Positions 8,365-17,319 of a DNA stretch of 64,000 nt are shown in pieces. Below the pieces are notes generated by a model. The model was not told where the DNA came from, did no database searches, and was given only the letters and a program-made list of their open reading frames with translations. A program made the translations under genes and the position numbers. The stretch covers positions 9,209 through 73,208 of the forward strand of contig DWVE01000028.1 of NCBI GenBank assembly GCA_019120375.1, in the 5' to 3' direction. The stretch comes from Candidatus Allofournierella excrementavium. Its GTDB lineage: Bacteria > Bacillota > Clostridia > Oscillospirales > Ruminococcaceae. The number at the start of each line of letters is the position of its first letter. Position 1 is the first letter of the stretch.

Positions 8365-9178
8365 GGTTCTCCCCTCCCCCGTAATACTCCAGAAAGATGT
8401 TCTCCAGGCTCTTCTGGGCGCGCACCGTCACCTGAAGGCCGTTCTGTTCGCCGGCAAAGTCCCGGGCGAAGGCGGCGGCCTGCTCCGGGCTTTCCAGCGT
8501 GACGGTGTAGCTGCGCAGGTACCGCCCCCGCAGCGTTTCCACCGGTTCGTCGGCCACCAGCCGCCCGGCGCGGATGATGCCCACCCGGTCGCAGGTGCGC
8601 TCCACCTCTTCAAAGATGTGGCTGGAGAGCAGGATGGTCTTGCCCCGGGCCTTTTCTGCGTCCAGCAGCTGGATGAAGCGGTTCTGCATCAGCGGGTCGA
8701 GGCCGGAGGTGGGCTCATCCAGCAGCAGGATGCGCGGGTCGTGCATGAAAGCGGCCACGATGCCCAGCTTCTGCTTCATGCCCTTGCTCATCTTTTTGAT
8801 CTTGCCTTTGGGGGCAAGCTCGAACATTTCCAGCAGCTCCGCCTTGCGGCCCGCGCCCGCCCGGCCCCGGTATTTTTCCAGAAAGCGCAGGAATTCCTCG
8901 CCGGTCATGTCGTCGAAAAAGGCGATCTCGCCGGGGATGTAGCCCAGCTCCCGCTGGATGCGCGCCCGGTCGCGCCAGCAGCCCATGCCGTCGATGCGGC
9001 AGCTGCCCGCCTGGGGATGAATGAACCCCATCAGGTGGCGAATGGTGGTAGTCTTGCCCGCCCCGTTGGGCCCCAGAAAGCCGAACACTTCCCCTTCCCC
9101 CACCCGGAAGGTCAGGTCAAACACCCCTTTGCCGCCGCCGTAGTCCCGTGTGAGGCGGTCCACTTCCAGCATGCTCAT
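8345..9178 (-). CDS. ABC transporter ATP-binding protein
   Basis: 277 aa. Walker A GPNGAGKTT, signature MSKGMKQK, Walker B ILLLDEPTSGLD. Confidence 0.92.
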   Translation of the reverse strand: MSMLEVDRLTRDYGGGKGVFDLTFRVGEGEVFGFLGPNGAGKTTTIRHLMGFIHPQAGSCRIDGMGCWRDRARIQRELGYIPGEIAFFDDMTGEEFLRFLEKYRGRAGAGRKAELLEMFELAPKGKIKKMSKGMKQKLGIVAAFMHDPRILLLDEPTSGLDPLMQNRFIQLLDAEKARGKTILLSSHIFEEVERTCDRVGIIRAGRLVADEPVETLRGRYLRSYTVTLESPEQAAAFARDFAGEQNGLQVTVRAQKSLENIFLEYYGGGENHGTHTV

Positions 9179-9795
9179 CGTTTCTCCTCCTTATAAGACC
9201 ATTCGCGGAACATCTGCATCCAGCGCTCCACCTCGGCCATCATCTCTTCCATATCCAGCGGCTTGCCCTCCATCCGGCGCACGTGGATGTAGCCGTCGGT
9301 CATCCAGGCGATCATGTTCAGGATGTGGGCCGGGTCCGCCCCGGGCCGGAAGCGGCTGGTGTCCACCCCGGCGAACCAGGTGGAGTAGAGCCCGCCCAGC
9401 TCGCCGCCTATTTTCTGACGCAGCGCGTCGGAGATCTCCTCCCCGCTGGAATAATAGGCCCGGACGCAGAAGTCCAGCAGAAAGGGACTTTGGTCCATCA
9501 GGCGCATCTTTTCCCGGGAGGCGCCGGCCAGCCGGTCGAAGAAGCCGTCGCTCTGCACGGGACAGGCGTCCCGGATGAACTCGCTCACCAGCCGCTGGGC
9601 ATAGGCAAAGGTCTCCAGATACAGGGCGCGCTTGTTGTGGAAGTAGTAAAAGAGCAGCCCCTTGGACACCCCCGCCTTGGCGGCAATGAGGTCGGTGGAG
9701 GCGCGTTTGTACTCCCAGCGGGAGAACACCTCCATGGCCGCGTTGAAGACCGCCCGCTGTTTTTCCTCTTCCAGCGCGTAAAAGGCCTCGTTCAT
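9175..9795 (-). CDS. TetR/AcrR family transcriptional regulator
   Basis: 206 aa. N-terminal HTH (ASTDLIAAKAGVSKGLLFYYFHNK). 4-nt overlap with the ABC ATPase start. Confidence 0.88.
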   Translation of the reverse strand: MNEAFYALEEEKQRAVFNAAMEVFSRWEYKRASTDLIAAKAGVSKGLLFYYFHNKRALYLETFAYAQRLVSEFIRDACPVQSDGFFDRLAGASREKMRLMDQSPFLLDFCVRAYYSSGEEISDALRQKIGGELGGLYSTWFAGVDTSRFRPGADPAHILNMIAWMTDGYIHVRRMEGKPLDMEEMMAEVERWMQMFREWSYKEEKR

Positions 9796-9868
9796 CTGAC
9801 CGCCTCCCTTTGACCGATTTGCTTTGACTCACAGTATAGAGGATTGACTCAGATTTTCAAAGGGGGGG

Positions 9869-10597
9869 TCAGTTTGCAAAAGCCGCGGCCGCCGCCAGCA
9901 CCAGAAGGTGGGCGGGATAAAAGCCGTAGAAAAGCCAGCGCACCGCCCGCCCGTGGGGGCCCTGCCGGCCCCGGTAGAGCCAGATGAAGGGCAGAGCCAG
10001 CACCGCGAAGGCCTGGATGGGCAGGGCGAGGCCTCCCGGCAAAACAGTCTGCCCCGCCAGCAGCCAGCCGTTCAAAAACAGCAGGCACAAAAGCTGGCCC
10101 AGCCGCTGCCGCCAGCCATCGCCCCGGAAAAAGTAAAACACCAGCACTGTCCAGACGCCGGGGCCGAAGTAATCCACCATGAACGCCGTGCCCGCCAGAA
10201 AGCCGCCCAGCACAGCCCCCGCGCTCAGCACGAACCGGGCGGCGGGCCGGGGGTCGGCCTTGGCCCATTCCAGCAGCTGCATGCAGCCCAGGGCGATGAG
10301 GAAGGTCCAGAGCACGTTCTGGCGCAAAGGATAAACGGGACGGCCCGCCGCCAGCAGGTCGAAGGGCACTTCGGAGACGAGGGCAACGACCAGCAGCCGC
10401 CGGGCATAGCGGGCGCGGCTGCGGGTGCGGATGAAGCCCTCCGCCACGAGAAAGGCAAAGATGGGAAAGGCCAGCCGCCCAACACAGGTCATCCAAAGCC
10501 GGTCCGGCATGAGGGCAAGGCAGATGTGGTCGCACAGCATCAGCCCCATGGCCAGCAGGTGCAGGTCAAAAGAAGTGAGCTCCGGCTTGTTTTTCAT
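9869..10597 (-). CDS. TraX family membrane protein
   Basis: Start trimmed to MKNKPELTSFDLHLLAMGLMLCDHI (ATG is the complement of 10595-10597). 242 aa, multi-TM, with the DH motif typical of the TraX family. Confidence 0.75.
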   Translation of the reverse strand: MKNKPELTSFDLHLLAMGLMLCDHICLALMPDRLWMTCVGRLAFPIFAFLVAEGFIRTRSRARYARRLLVVALVSEVPFDLLAAGRPVYPLRQNVLWTFLIALGCMQLLEWAKADPRPAARFVLSAGAVLGGFLAGTAFMVDYFGPGVWTVLVFYFFRGDGWRQRLGQLLCLLFLNGWLLAGQTVLPGGLALPIQAFAVLALPFIWLYRGRQGPHGRAVRWLFYGFYPAHLLVLAAAAAFAN

Positions 10598-10699
10598 GCG
10601 CTTGCCTCCCCTTTTTTCTTTTTGCGCTTGCCGCACGGGGCGGCGGGCGTTATGATAAGAGTATAACACACGCCTTTGAGGGGCAAAAGGGAGGCCGCC

Positions 10700-10939
10700 A
10701 TGAAAAAGCTGCTGGACTGGGCCAACGGCTGCATCCGCCGCTGGGATTGGAAGGACGTTGCGCTGCTGAAATTCTGCATGCTGGCGCTGGGAGTGCTGGT
10801 GGGCCTTGCCATGCCACACCGGGGCCGCCGCCTGGCAAAGCAGATCTGCGCCGAGGTGTTTTTGATGGCCTGGGCCACTTTGATGGTGGATTGTTTTCGC
10901 ATGACGCTGCCGAAGAGCAGCGCCGATTCGGCAGAATGA
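10700..10939 (+). CDS. small hypothetical membrane protein
   Basis: 79 aa from MKKLLDW. GGGAGG RBS 6 nt upstream. One or two hydrophobic helices (LKFCMLALGVLVGLAM). No recognised family. Confidence 0.5.
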   Translation: MKKLLDWANGCIRRWDWKDVALLKFCMLALGVLVGLAMPHRGRRLAKQICAEVFLMAWATLMVDCFRMTLPKSSADSAE

Positions 10940-11048
10940 CCAACAAACCGACACAATGCTTGTGCGCCCGGCCCTCTTGACGAGGACCGGGCGCGGCCTT
11001 TATATTGGTAGTGGCACTACCTCAGTAAGATATAAGGAGGAATGACGG

Positions 11049-11732
11049 ATGCAATACCAGATCGCGGGCGAGCCGCTGCCGGTGGTGACCTGCCAGCTGG
11101 CCGCGGGCGAAACGATGATCACCGAGCGGGGCAGCATGAGCTGGATGACCCCCAACATGAGGATGGAGACCACCACGAACGGAGGGCTGGGCAAAGCCTT
11201 CGGCCGCCTGCTGGCCGGCGAAGCGCTGTTCCAGAACCGCTACACCGCCCAGGGCGGGCCGGGCCTCATCGCCTTCGCCTCCAGCTTCCCGGGCAGCATC
11301 CGCGCCTTTGAGATCGGCCCCGGCAAGGAGCTGGTGGTGCAGAAGAGCGGATTTTTGGCAGCCGAGGCGGGCGTGGAGCTCTCGGTCTTTTTCCAGAAAA
11401 AGCTGGGCTCCGGCTTCTTCGGCGGCGAAGGCTTCATCATGCAGAAGCTCTCCGGCCAGGGCATCGCCTTTGCCGAGTTTGACGGTCATGTGGTGGAATA
11501 CGAGCTGGCCGCCGGCCAGTCGCTGGTGGTGGACACCGGCTACATCGCCGCCATGGACGCCACCTGCTCCATGGACATCGTCACCGTGCCCGGCGTGAAA
11601 AACGCCTTCTTCGGCGGTGAGGGCCTGTTCAACACGGTGGTGTCCGGCCCGGGCCACATCTGGCTGCAGACCATGCCCATCAGCAGTGTGGCTGCCGTGC
11701 TGCGGCCCTTCTTCCCCTCCGGCAGCAACTGA
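11049..11732 (+). CDS. AIM24/TIGR00266 (DUF124) family protein
   Basis: 227 aa. MQYQI.GEPLPVV.C.L..GE.M..E.GSM.WM and the C-terminal GPG.IWLQTMP pattern are typical of this family. Confidence 0.8.
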   Translation: MQYQIAGEPLPVVTCQLAAGETMITERGSMSWMTPNMRMETTTNGGLGKAFGRLLAGEALFQNRYTAQGGPGLIAFASSFPGSIRAFEIGPGKELVVQKSGFLAAEAGVELSVFFQKKLGSGFFGGEGFIMQKLSGQGIAFAEFDGHVVEYELAAGQSLVVDTGYIAAMDATCSMDIVTVPGVKNAFFGGEGLFNTVVSGPGHIWLQTMPISSVAAVLRPFFPSGSN

Positions 11733-11742
11733 ATCAGCAAAA

Positions 11743-11780
11743 AGGACCATCCCCCGCGGGGGACGGTCCTTTTTTGTTTT
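11743..11780. terminator. bidirectional terminator
   Basis: Stem GGACCATCCCCCGCGGGGGACGGTCC flanked by an A-run and T-run, between convergent genes. Confidence 0.75.
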
Positions 11781-12165
11781 AACGGATGGCTTCGGCCAGT
11801 TCTTCGGCCAAAGTGCGGGCGGCTGCGCCTACTTCCCCGATCTGTTCCGGGGTGATGCCGTCCTGATGGAAACCGCCGGTGCAGACGGTGACGCGCCCGG
11901 TGCGGCTGGCCACCGTCTCCGCCAGCAGGCGGCAGACGGCCTCGTCCTTGTGGCCGCAGACGTTCAGCACCGAGGCGGTGGCGCTGGCAGAACCGTCTCC
12001 CGTAAGAGAAGGCCGGGGCTCGGCCAGCACGGTGCAGTCGATGTGGGGCGACTGGCCGCCGTACAGAAGGATGTGGCAGCTGCCGTCCAGCAAAACGGCC
12101 TCGGCGCGCAGCTCCCCGAAGGAGAGGCGGGCCGTCCGCTCAAGTTTTTTCACAGTCCCTGCCAT
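11779..12165 (-). CDS. small subunit of UbiD-type decarboxylase (LpdD/BsdD-like)
   Basis: 128 aa from MAGTVKKLER (ATG is the complement of 12163-12165). This is the last 128 codons of the 292-aa track ORF. 16-nt overlap with the end of ubiX. Assignment rests mainly on size and position after UbiD-UbiX. Confidence 0.6.
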   Translation of the reverse strand: MAGTVKKLERTARLSFGELRAEAVLLDGSCHILLYGGQSPHIDCTVLAEPRPSLTGDGSASATASVLNVCGHKDEAVCRLLAETVASRTGRVTVCTGGFHQDGITPEQIGEVGAAARTLAEELAEAIR

Positions 12166-12719
12166 CTGCGGTACTCCTTTGCCTCCACGCCGAAGGGCTC
12201 CACCAGCTTTGCGGCGATGTGATAGACCATTTCGTCGATGGTCTCTGGCTTGTGGTAGAAGGTGAGCATGGGCGGGATGATGCGCACCGTGGGCAGCATG
12301 GCCAGTTCGTGCAGGTTGCGCAGGTGGATGGCGCTCATGGGCGTTTCCCGGGCGGCCAGCACCAGGGGGCGGTGCTCCTTGATGGTCACGTCCGCGGCAC
12401 GCAGCAGCAGGTTGTCGGCATAGCCGGCGCAGATGCCCGCCGCCGTTTTCATGCTGCAGGGCACCACCAGCATGCCCGCCGCCGGCCAGGAGCCGCTGGC
12501 GGGGGGCGCGCCCACTTCGCCGGGGCCGTAGACCGCGTCCACCAGCGGAGCCAGGTCCTCCGGGGTGCTGCCGGTCTCCTGTCGCAGGGTAAGAACGGCG
12601 CTGTCGCTCATGATGAGCACGGAGGATCGCCCGGCTGCGCGGATGAGTTTCAGGCACTGGATGAGCAGCGGCATACCGCTGGCGCCGGAAGCGCCCACCA
12701 CGATGGTATCCCTGTTCAT
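12150..12719 (-). CDS. ubiX: UbiX-family flavin prenyltransferase
   Basis: 189 aa. IVVGASGASG flavoprotein N-terminus, PCSMKT, PLVLAARETP. Confidence 0.9.
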   Translation of the reverse strand: MNRDTIVVGASGASGMPLLIQCLKLIRAAGRSSVLIMSDSAVLTLRQETGSTPEDLAPLVDAVYGPGEVGAPPASGSWPAAGMLVVPCSMKTAAGICAGYADNLLLRAADVTIKEHRPLVLAARETPMSAIHLRNLHELAMLPTVRIIPPMLTFYHKPETIDEMVYHIAAKLVEPFGVEAKEYRRWQGL

Positions 12720-12723
12720 GCGC

Positions 12724-14190
12724 TCACTCCTTTACCCAGTGGGTGGGGTCCACGTCCATGAAGCGGGCGCGGACGAACCGGGCCTTCTGGTCGTAGGGCA
12801 CGGTGCAGTCGAAGATAGTCTTGCAGGCGATGCCGTGGTCCCGGATGGACTTCGAGCAGCTGGGGTCGTTGGAGGGGTCCAGGGGATGGCAGCGCACGCC
12901 GGGGATGGTGATGATGTCCGCGTCGCCCTGGAAGCGGGTGTTCATGGCCCAGAGCACGTCGTTCATGTCGAAGCAGTCCACATCCTCGTCCACCAGGAAG
13001 ATGTGCTTGAGCTCGCTGAAGGCGGAGAAGGCCAGCAGTGCCGCCTGACGCTGGCGGCCCTCGTCGCTGGGGGCCAGCTTCTTGAACTGAAGCACCGCCA
13101 TGTACTTGCCACCACCGGCGGAGGCGCAGTAGACGTTCTGCAGCCGGCCGGGCATGGCCTTGTCCACCATACCCCAGATGGAGGCCTCGGTGGGGATGCC
13201 CGCCATGGAGACGTGCTCCTCGCTGGGGCCGATGCAGGTCTGCATGATGGGGTCCTTGCGGGTGGTCACCGCGGTGACCTTGATGAGCCAGCAATCGGAG
13301 GAGGCGGGGCCGGTGTAGCCGGGGAACTCGGGCATGGCGAAGCCGGAGTGGCTGTTCTGGTCCTCCTGCACCCGCACGCCGGGCACCACCTCGCCCTCGA
13401 TGACGTATTCGGCGTTGGCGATGGCCTTCTCGTTGACGGTGAGGCACTTGCACAGTTTCACCGGCTCGCCCCGCAGCGCGCCGGCCACCGCCAGCTCATC
13501 GTAGCCCATGGGGGTGGTGGGGGCCTCGAAGCAGGAGCCGATCTCGATGGCGGGGTCCACGCCGATGCTGATGGAGATGGGCAGGCGCTGGCCCAGCTGC
13601 TCCGCCCGCTCGGCCATGGCGCCGATGTGCCGCGCGCCGGGGGTGAAGAAGATGGACAGCTCATCCTTGCTCTGGATGCACATCCGGTGGATGGTCACGT
13701 CGCTGAGGCCGGTGTCCGGATGGGTGGCGTAGCACATGCCCAGGGTGATGTAGGGGCCCGCGTCGTCCGGGGTGTTGGTGGGGGCGGGCACCAGCTTGAA
13801 CAGGTCAAAATCCGGGTCGGTGGCCTTGTGCACCACCTCCTGGCAGGGGGCGGGGCCCTCTTCCAGCACCGGCGGCACCGGGTTCGCAACGCTCTGGTAC
13901 ATCATTTTGCCCAGCGCGCGGGCGTCGCAGTCCAGCAGGGCGGCCACCCGCTTGCGGCTGGCCAGCAGGCCGATGACCACCTTTGCGCCGGGGTGGCCCT
14001 TCACATTGTTAAAAATCATGGCGGGGCCCTCTTTGGTGGGGCGCATCACCGTTCCGCCCGCGCCCACATGGCGGTACACCCCGGCCAGTTCGGCCATGGG
14101 GTCCACCTCCACGTCGGTCTCGATGAGCTGGCCGGGCATCTCTTTCAGCAGCGCCAGCGCGCTGCGCAGGTCGGTCACCTTGTTGTTCAT
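12724..14190 (-). CDS. UbiD-family (hydroxy)aromatic acid decarboxylase
   Basis: 488 aa. UbiD-like N-terminus (DLRSALALLKEMPGQLIETDVEVDP) and full-length similarity pattern to the LpdC/BsdC/VdcC type. The AAGGAG RBS for ubiX is embedded at its end. Confidence 0.88.
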   Translation of the reverse strand: MNNKVTDLRSALALLKEMPGQLIETDVEVDPMAELAGVYRHVGAGGTVMRPTKEGPAMIFNNVKGHPGAKVVIGLLASRKRVAALLDCDARALGKMMYQSVANPVPPVLEEGPAPCQEVVHKATDPDFDLFKLVPAPTNTPDDAGPYITLGMCYATHPDTGLSDVTIHRMCIQSKDELSIFFTPGARHIGAMAERAEQLGQRLPISISIGVDPAIEIGSCFEAPTTPMGYDELAVAGALRGEPVKLCKCLTVNEKAIANAEYVIEGEVVPGVRVQEDQNSHSGFAMPEFPGYTGPASSDCWLIKVTAVTTRKDPIMQTCIGPSEEHVSMAGIPTEASIWGMVDKAMPGRLQNVYCASAGGGKYMAVLQFKKLAPSDEGRQRQAALLAFSAFSELKHIFLVDEDVDCFDMNDVLWAMNTRFQGDADIITIPGVRCHPLDPSNDPSCSKSIRDHGIACKTIFDCTVPYDQKARFVRARFMDVDPTHWVKE

Positions 14191-14208
14191 ACTGCATCGC
14201 TCCTTTCG

Positions 14209-15030
14209 TCAAAGCTGCTTTTTGTAAAATATATTTCCGTATTTGCCGTCCGCCCGCAGCTGGCTGTGGGGGCGGCGGGCCTTGGCCAGCACCCCTTCCA
14301 CATCCGCGAAGGTGCAGGGCACGTCGTCGGTGTTGCCGGCGAGCACATCGCCGCACACTTCGATCACTCCGTCCAGGATGCCCGCCGGCAGACTGCCGCT
14401 GCCGTGAGCCTCCAGCACGACGTCGAACCGGCCCGCCAGCCGCTCTTTCAGCCGCAGAAGGTTCTGCCGGTAAACGGGGATGGGCAGGCACTCCTCCCCC
14501 GCCAGAAAGGTGAAGTTGCTGCAGGCGTCCCCCACGACGAGGATGCGCAGCTCCCGCAGAAGCACCACCACAGTGCCGGGGGTGTGGCCCGGGCACCCGA
14601 ACACCTCCAAATGCACGCCGCCCAGATCGAAACACGCCCCGTCCGAAAGGGGCAGAAAGCGCGCCGGGTCCGCGGCGGGCACCATGGGCGGCAGCTCCTC
14701 CAGGCGCGGCTGCGCGCCCCGCAGGATGGCACGGCGGTACTCCGCCGGGGCGTGGGCATGGAACACGGGGATGTCCCGCCGGTCCATCCACACCTCGTCG
14801 AACTCCCCCGCGCCCATGGCGTGGTCGATATGGCCATGGGTGAGCAGCACCACAAGGGGCAGGCCGGTGAGGTCCGCCGCCACTTGGCGCAGGCTGCCGA
14901 ACCCGCAGCCGCTGTCGATGAGGGCGGCCCGCTCGTCGCCCTTTATCAGATAGACGAACTCATGCATCAGCCCGCCGATGCGCACCACCCGGGGCGAGAT
15001 CTGCCATATTCTGAAAGGTTCCACAAGCAT
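14209..15030 (-). CDS. MBL-fold metallo-hydrolase
   Basis: Start trimmed to MLVEPF. 273 aa. HxHxDH motif (THGHIDH) and a downstream GHTPG. Only an 18-nt gap to ubiD. Confidence 0.85.
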   Translation of the reverse strand: MLVEPFRIWQISPRVVRIGGLMHEFVYLIKGDERAALIDSGCGFGSLRQVAADLTGLPLVVLLTHGHIDHAMGAGEFDEVWMDRRDIPVFHAHAPAEYRRAILRGAQPRLEELPPMVPAADPARFLPLSDGACFDLGGVHLEVFGCPGHTPGTVVVLLRELRILVVGDACSNFTFLAGEECLPIPVYRQNLLRLKERLAGRFDVVLEAHGSGSLPAGILDGVIEVCGDVLAGNTDDVPCTFADVEGVLAKARRPHSQLRADGKYGNIFYKKQL

Positions 15031-15058
15031 CCGCCTTTCTTTGTGCCGGACAACCGGA

Positions 15059-15090
15059 AATCGGGAAGCAGAACGTGCTGCTTCCCGATT
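15059..15090 (-). terminator. hairpin (possible attenuator or partial terminator) between the acyltransferase and MBL genes
   Basis: 13-bp perfect stem AATCGGGAAGCAG / CTGCTTCCCGATT with a 6-nt loop. The T-run is only on the plus-strand side, so minus-strand termination is probably weak. Confidence 0.4.
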
Positions 15091-15138
15091 TTTGTCCATG
15101 CACGGCAATCTTCTTTGTTATGGAGGAAGAAGAGAGAC

Positions 15139-16350
15139 TTATTTCTTTTTCAGGATGGTCTTTTCCATCGCGAACTTGGTGATGACGCTCAGCACCATGG
15201 TGATGACCACGGTGGGCACGAACACGCTCCAGAAGGAGTAGGTGGTCGCCTCGGTGTTCTTGCCCATGACGCGCAGCACCAGGATGGCCACCGGGTAGTG
15301 CAGCATGTAAACATAGAGGGAGATGCCGCCCAGGTAGGCGAACAGCTTGCTGGTGACGTTGTTGTTCAGCGCGGCGGTGAGGCCGTCCTTGTTCAGCAGG
15401 GACAGGGTGATGACCACGATGCACAGCAGGGCAACGGTCCAGCGGTCCAGCATGAAGTAGGTGGGCTGATAGACGGTGTACCACAGCAGCAGCACGCTGC
15501 ACACGATGTTCAGCAGGGTCAGCGCGGCCTTGGCAGCGCCGGAGAAGGTGACTTCAGAGGCCTTTTTCACCAGGTAGTATACCATGCAGCCGCCCATCAT
15601 GCCAAGCATGACGTAGAGCAGGCCGTTGTTGAAGCCCAGCATGGCGGTGGTGTCGCCGGCGCTGCCGCCCATGCCGTTGGTGGAGGCAGTCTGCAGGCCC
15701 AGGGTGGACCAGGCGGTCTGGGCAGCGCGGGTGCCGCTGAAGCACCACCAGCCGCCCAGGAAGACGAAGGTCAGGGGGGCGACGAAGCCGCAGAACACAT
15801 CCTCGTTCTTGCACAGGGCCCAGTACATGAAGTAGCCCACGATGATCATGGCGGAGATGAACCACAGGGTGCCGTTCAGGTTAAAGAACTGGTTGCCGGT
15901 GGAGCGGAAGCCCGCGGCGTGGAAGCCCAGGAACTCCCAGACGCTGTTCACCACCATGGCCAGCACCTGCTGCACGGTGTAGTCCTGATAGAAGAAGCCG
16001 GTGCTGATGATGACGCCCAGGGCGTAGCCCAGGATGAGCACAGGCAGCAGAGACTTGATGCGGGCCCAGGTGTAGTCCCAGGCGCGGGAGGAAGCGCTGC
16101 GGGCCATATAGACGCCGTCAGACTTGCGCTTGTTGAAGTGAGCCACCATGAAGTAGCCCGCGGTGACGGTGAAGATCAGCAGCACTTCGCTGGAACCGAA
16201 GAACCAGTTGCTGCTCTCCATCCAGTAACCCAGGCTGCCGTCGCAGCTCATGGCGATGATCCAGCCGGTGTGGAAGCCCACGATGGCGAAGGCGATCAGA
16301 AAACGCCACAGTTCAATGGCCACATTCCTTTTTTTCGTTGCGGTTTGCAT
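15139..16350 (-). CDS. acyltransferase family 3 (OatA-like) membrane protein
   Basis: 403 aa, about 10 TM segments. N-terminal IELWRFLIAFAIVGFH is typical of acyltransferase_3. Confidence 0.8.
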   Translation of the reverse strand: MQTATKKRNVAIELWRFLIAFAIVGFHTGWIIAMSCDGSLGYWMESSNWFFGSSEVLLIFTVTAGYFMVAHFNKRKSDGVYMARSASSRAWDYTWARIKSLLPVLILGYALGVIISTGFFYQDYTVQQVLAMVVNSVWEFLGFHAAGFRSTGNQFFNLNGTLWFISAMIIVGYFMYWALCKNEDVFCGFVAPLTFVFLGGWWCFSGTRAAQTAWSTLGLQTASTNGMGGSAGDTTAMLGFNNGLLYVMLGMMGGCMVYYLVKKASEVTFSGAAKAALTLLNIVCSVLLLWYTVYQPTYFMLDRWTVALLCIVVITLSLLNKDGLTAALNNNVTSKLFAYLGGISLYVYMLHYPVAILVLRVMGKNTEATTYSFWSVFVPTVVITMVLSVITKFAMEKTILKKK

Positions 16351-16419
16351 GATTACACCTCAATTACCTTTTTATATGTTTTGCTGTACGGAAAGAAATT
16401 GCCGTCCAGGTCCGCCAAA

Positions 16420-17319
16420 TCATTGGATGGTGCCCAGCACCGAAGTGAGAATGGAGTAGTACTTGTTTTCGATGGTGTCGGTGCGGCTGGTCATCACCAC
16501 CGGGCTGCGCAGGCCGTTCAGGGTGCCGGCGCTCTTCATATGGGCGAAGAACACAAGGCCCTTGGTGAAGATGTTGCCGCTCCACATGTCCGGCACGATG
16601 AGGATGTCCGCCCTGCCGGCGATGGGGCTGTCGATGCCCTTGTGCTTGGCGGCCTCCACGCTGACGGCGTTGTCCAGCGCGAAGGGACCGTCGATCTGGT
16701 ATTTGTCTTTCAGGCGGGCGGTCACCTCGGCGGCGTCCACCGTGCCCTGAATTTTCGGGTTCACCACTTCCAGCGCCGAGAGCATGGCGATCCTGGGCTC
16801 TTCGATGCCCAGGGACCCGGCCACCTTCACGGCGTTCTCCACGATCTTGCACTTCTGGTCCACATTGGGCTCGATGTTCACGGCGCAGTCGCTGATGATG
16901 AGCATTTTGCCGGTCTCCTCCACCTCGAACACCGAGGCCTGGCTCAGCAGCTCGCCCGGCTCCAGAAGGCCGGTCTGCTTGTCCAGGATGCCCCGCATGA
17001 AGGTGGCGGTGTGCATCAGGCCCTTCATGGGGATGTCCGCCGTGCCCTCGCGCACCATGGCCACCGCCTTGTCGATGGCGGCCCGCTCGTCGGCCTCGTC
17101 GATGATCTCGAAGGCGGCGGGGTCCTTGCCGAACTGCCGCAGCAGCGCCTCGATCTCGCCCTGTTTGCCGATGAGCACCGCGTCGGCCACGCCCTTGTCC
17201 ACGGCCATCAGCACCGCTTCCAGGGTGACGTCGTCGTGGGCGCAGGCCACGGCGATCTTCTTGCGGCTGGCGTGGCCCTTCACAAAGGCTTCCATCTGTT
17301 CAAACGAAGCGATCTTCAC
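16420..17319 (-). CDS. ptb: phosphate butyryltransferase
   Basis: 299 aa. PTA/PTB family pattern (IAVACAHDDVTLEAV, DIPMKG, ISDCAVN, GPFALDNA, ADILIVPD). 4-nt overlap with buk. Confidence 0.88.
   Translation of the reverse strand: MKIASFEQMEAFVKGHASRKKIAVACAHDDVTLEAVLMAVDKGVADAVLIGKQGEIEALLRQFGKDPAAFEIIDEADERAAIDKAVAMVREGTADIPMKGLMHTATFMRGILDKQTGLLEPGELLSQASVFEVEETGKMLIISDCAVNIEPNVDQKCKIVENAVKVAGSLGIEEPRIAMLSALEVVNPKIQGTVDAAEVTARLKDKYQIDGPFALDNAVSVEAAKHKGIDSPIAGRADILIVPDMWSGNIFTKGLVFFAHMKSAGTLNGLRSPVVMTSRTDTIENKYYSILTSVLGTIQ

Noticed and set aside
9869-10597. TraX gene as a sign of a conjugative or mobile element
   Set aside because: There is no relaxase, T4SS, integrase, repeat boundary or compositional shift nearby. 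TraX-family acyltransferase-like membrane proteins commonly occur as stand-alone chromosomal genes.
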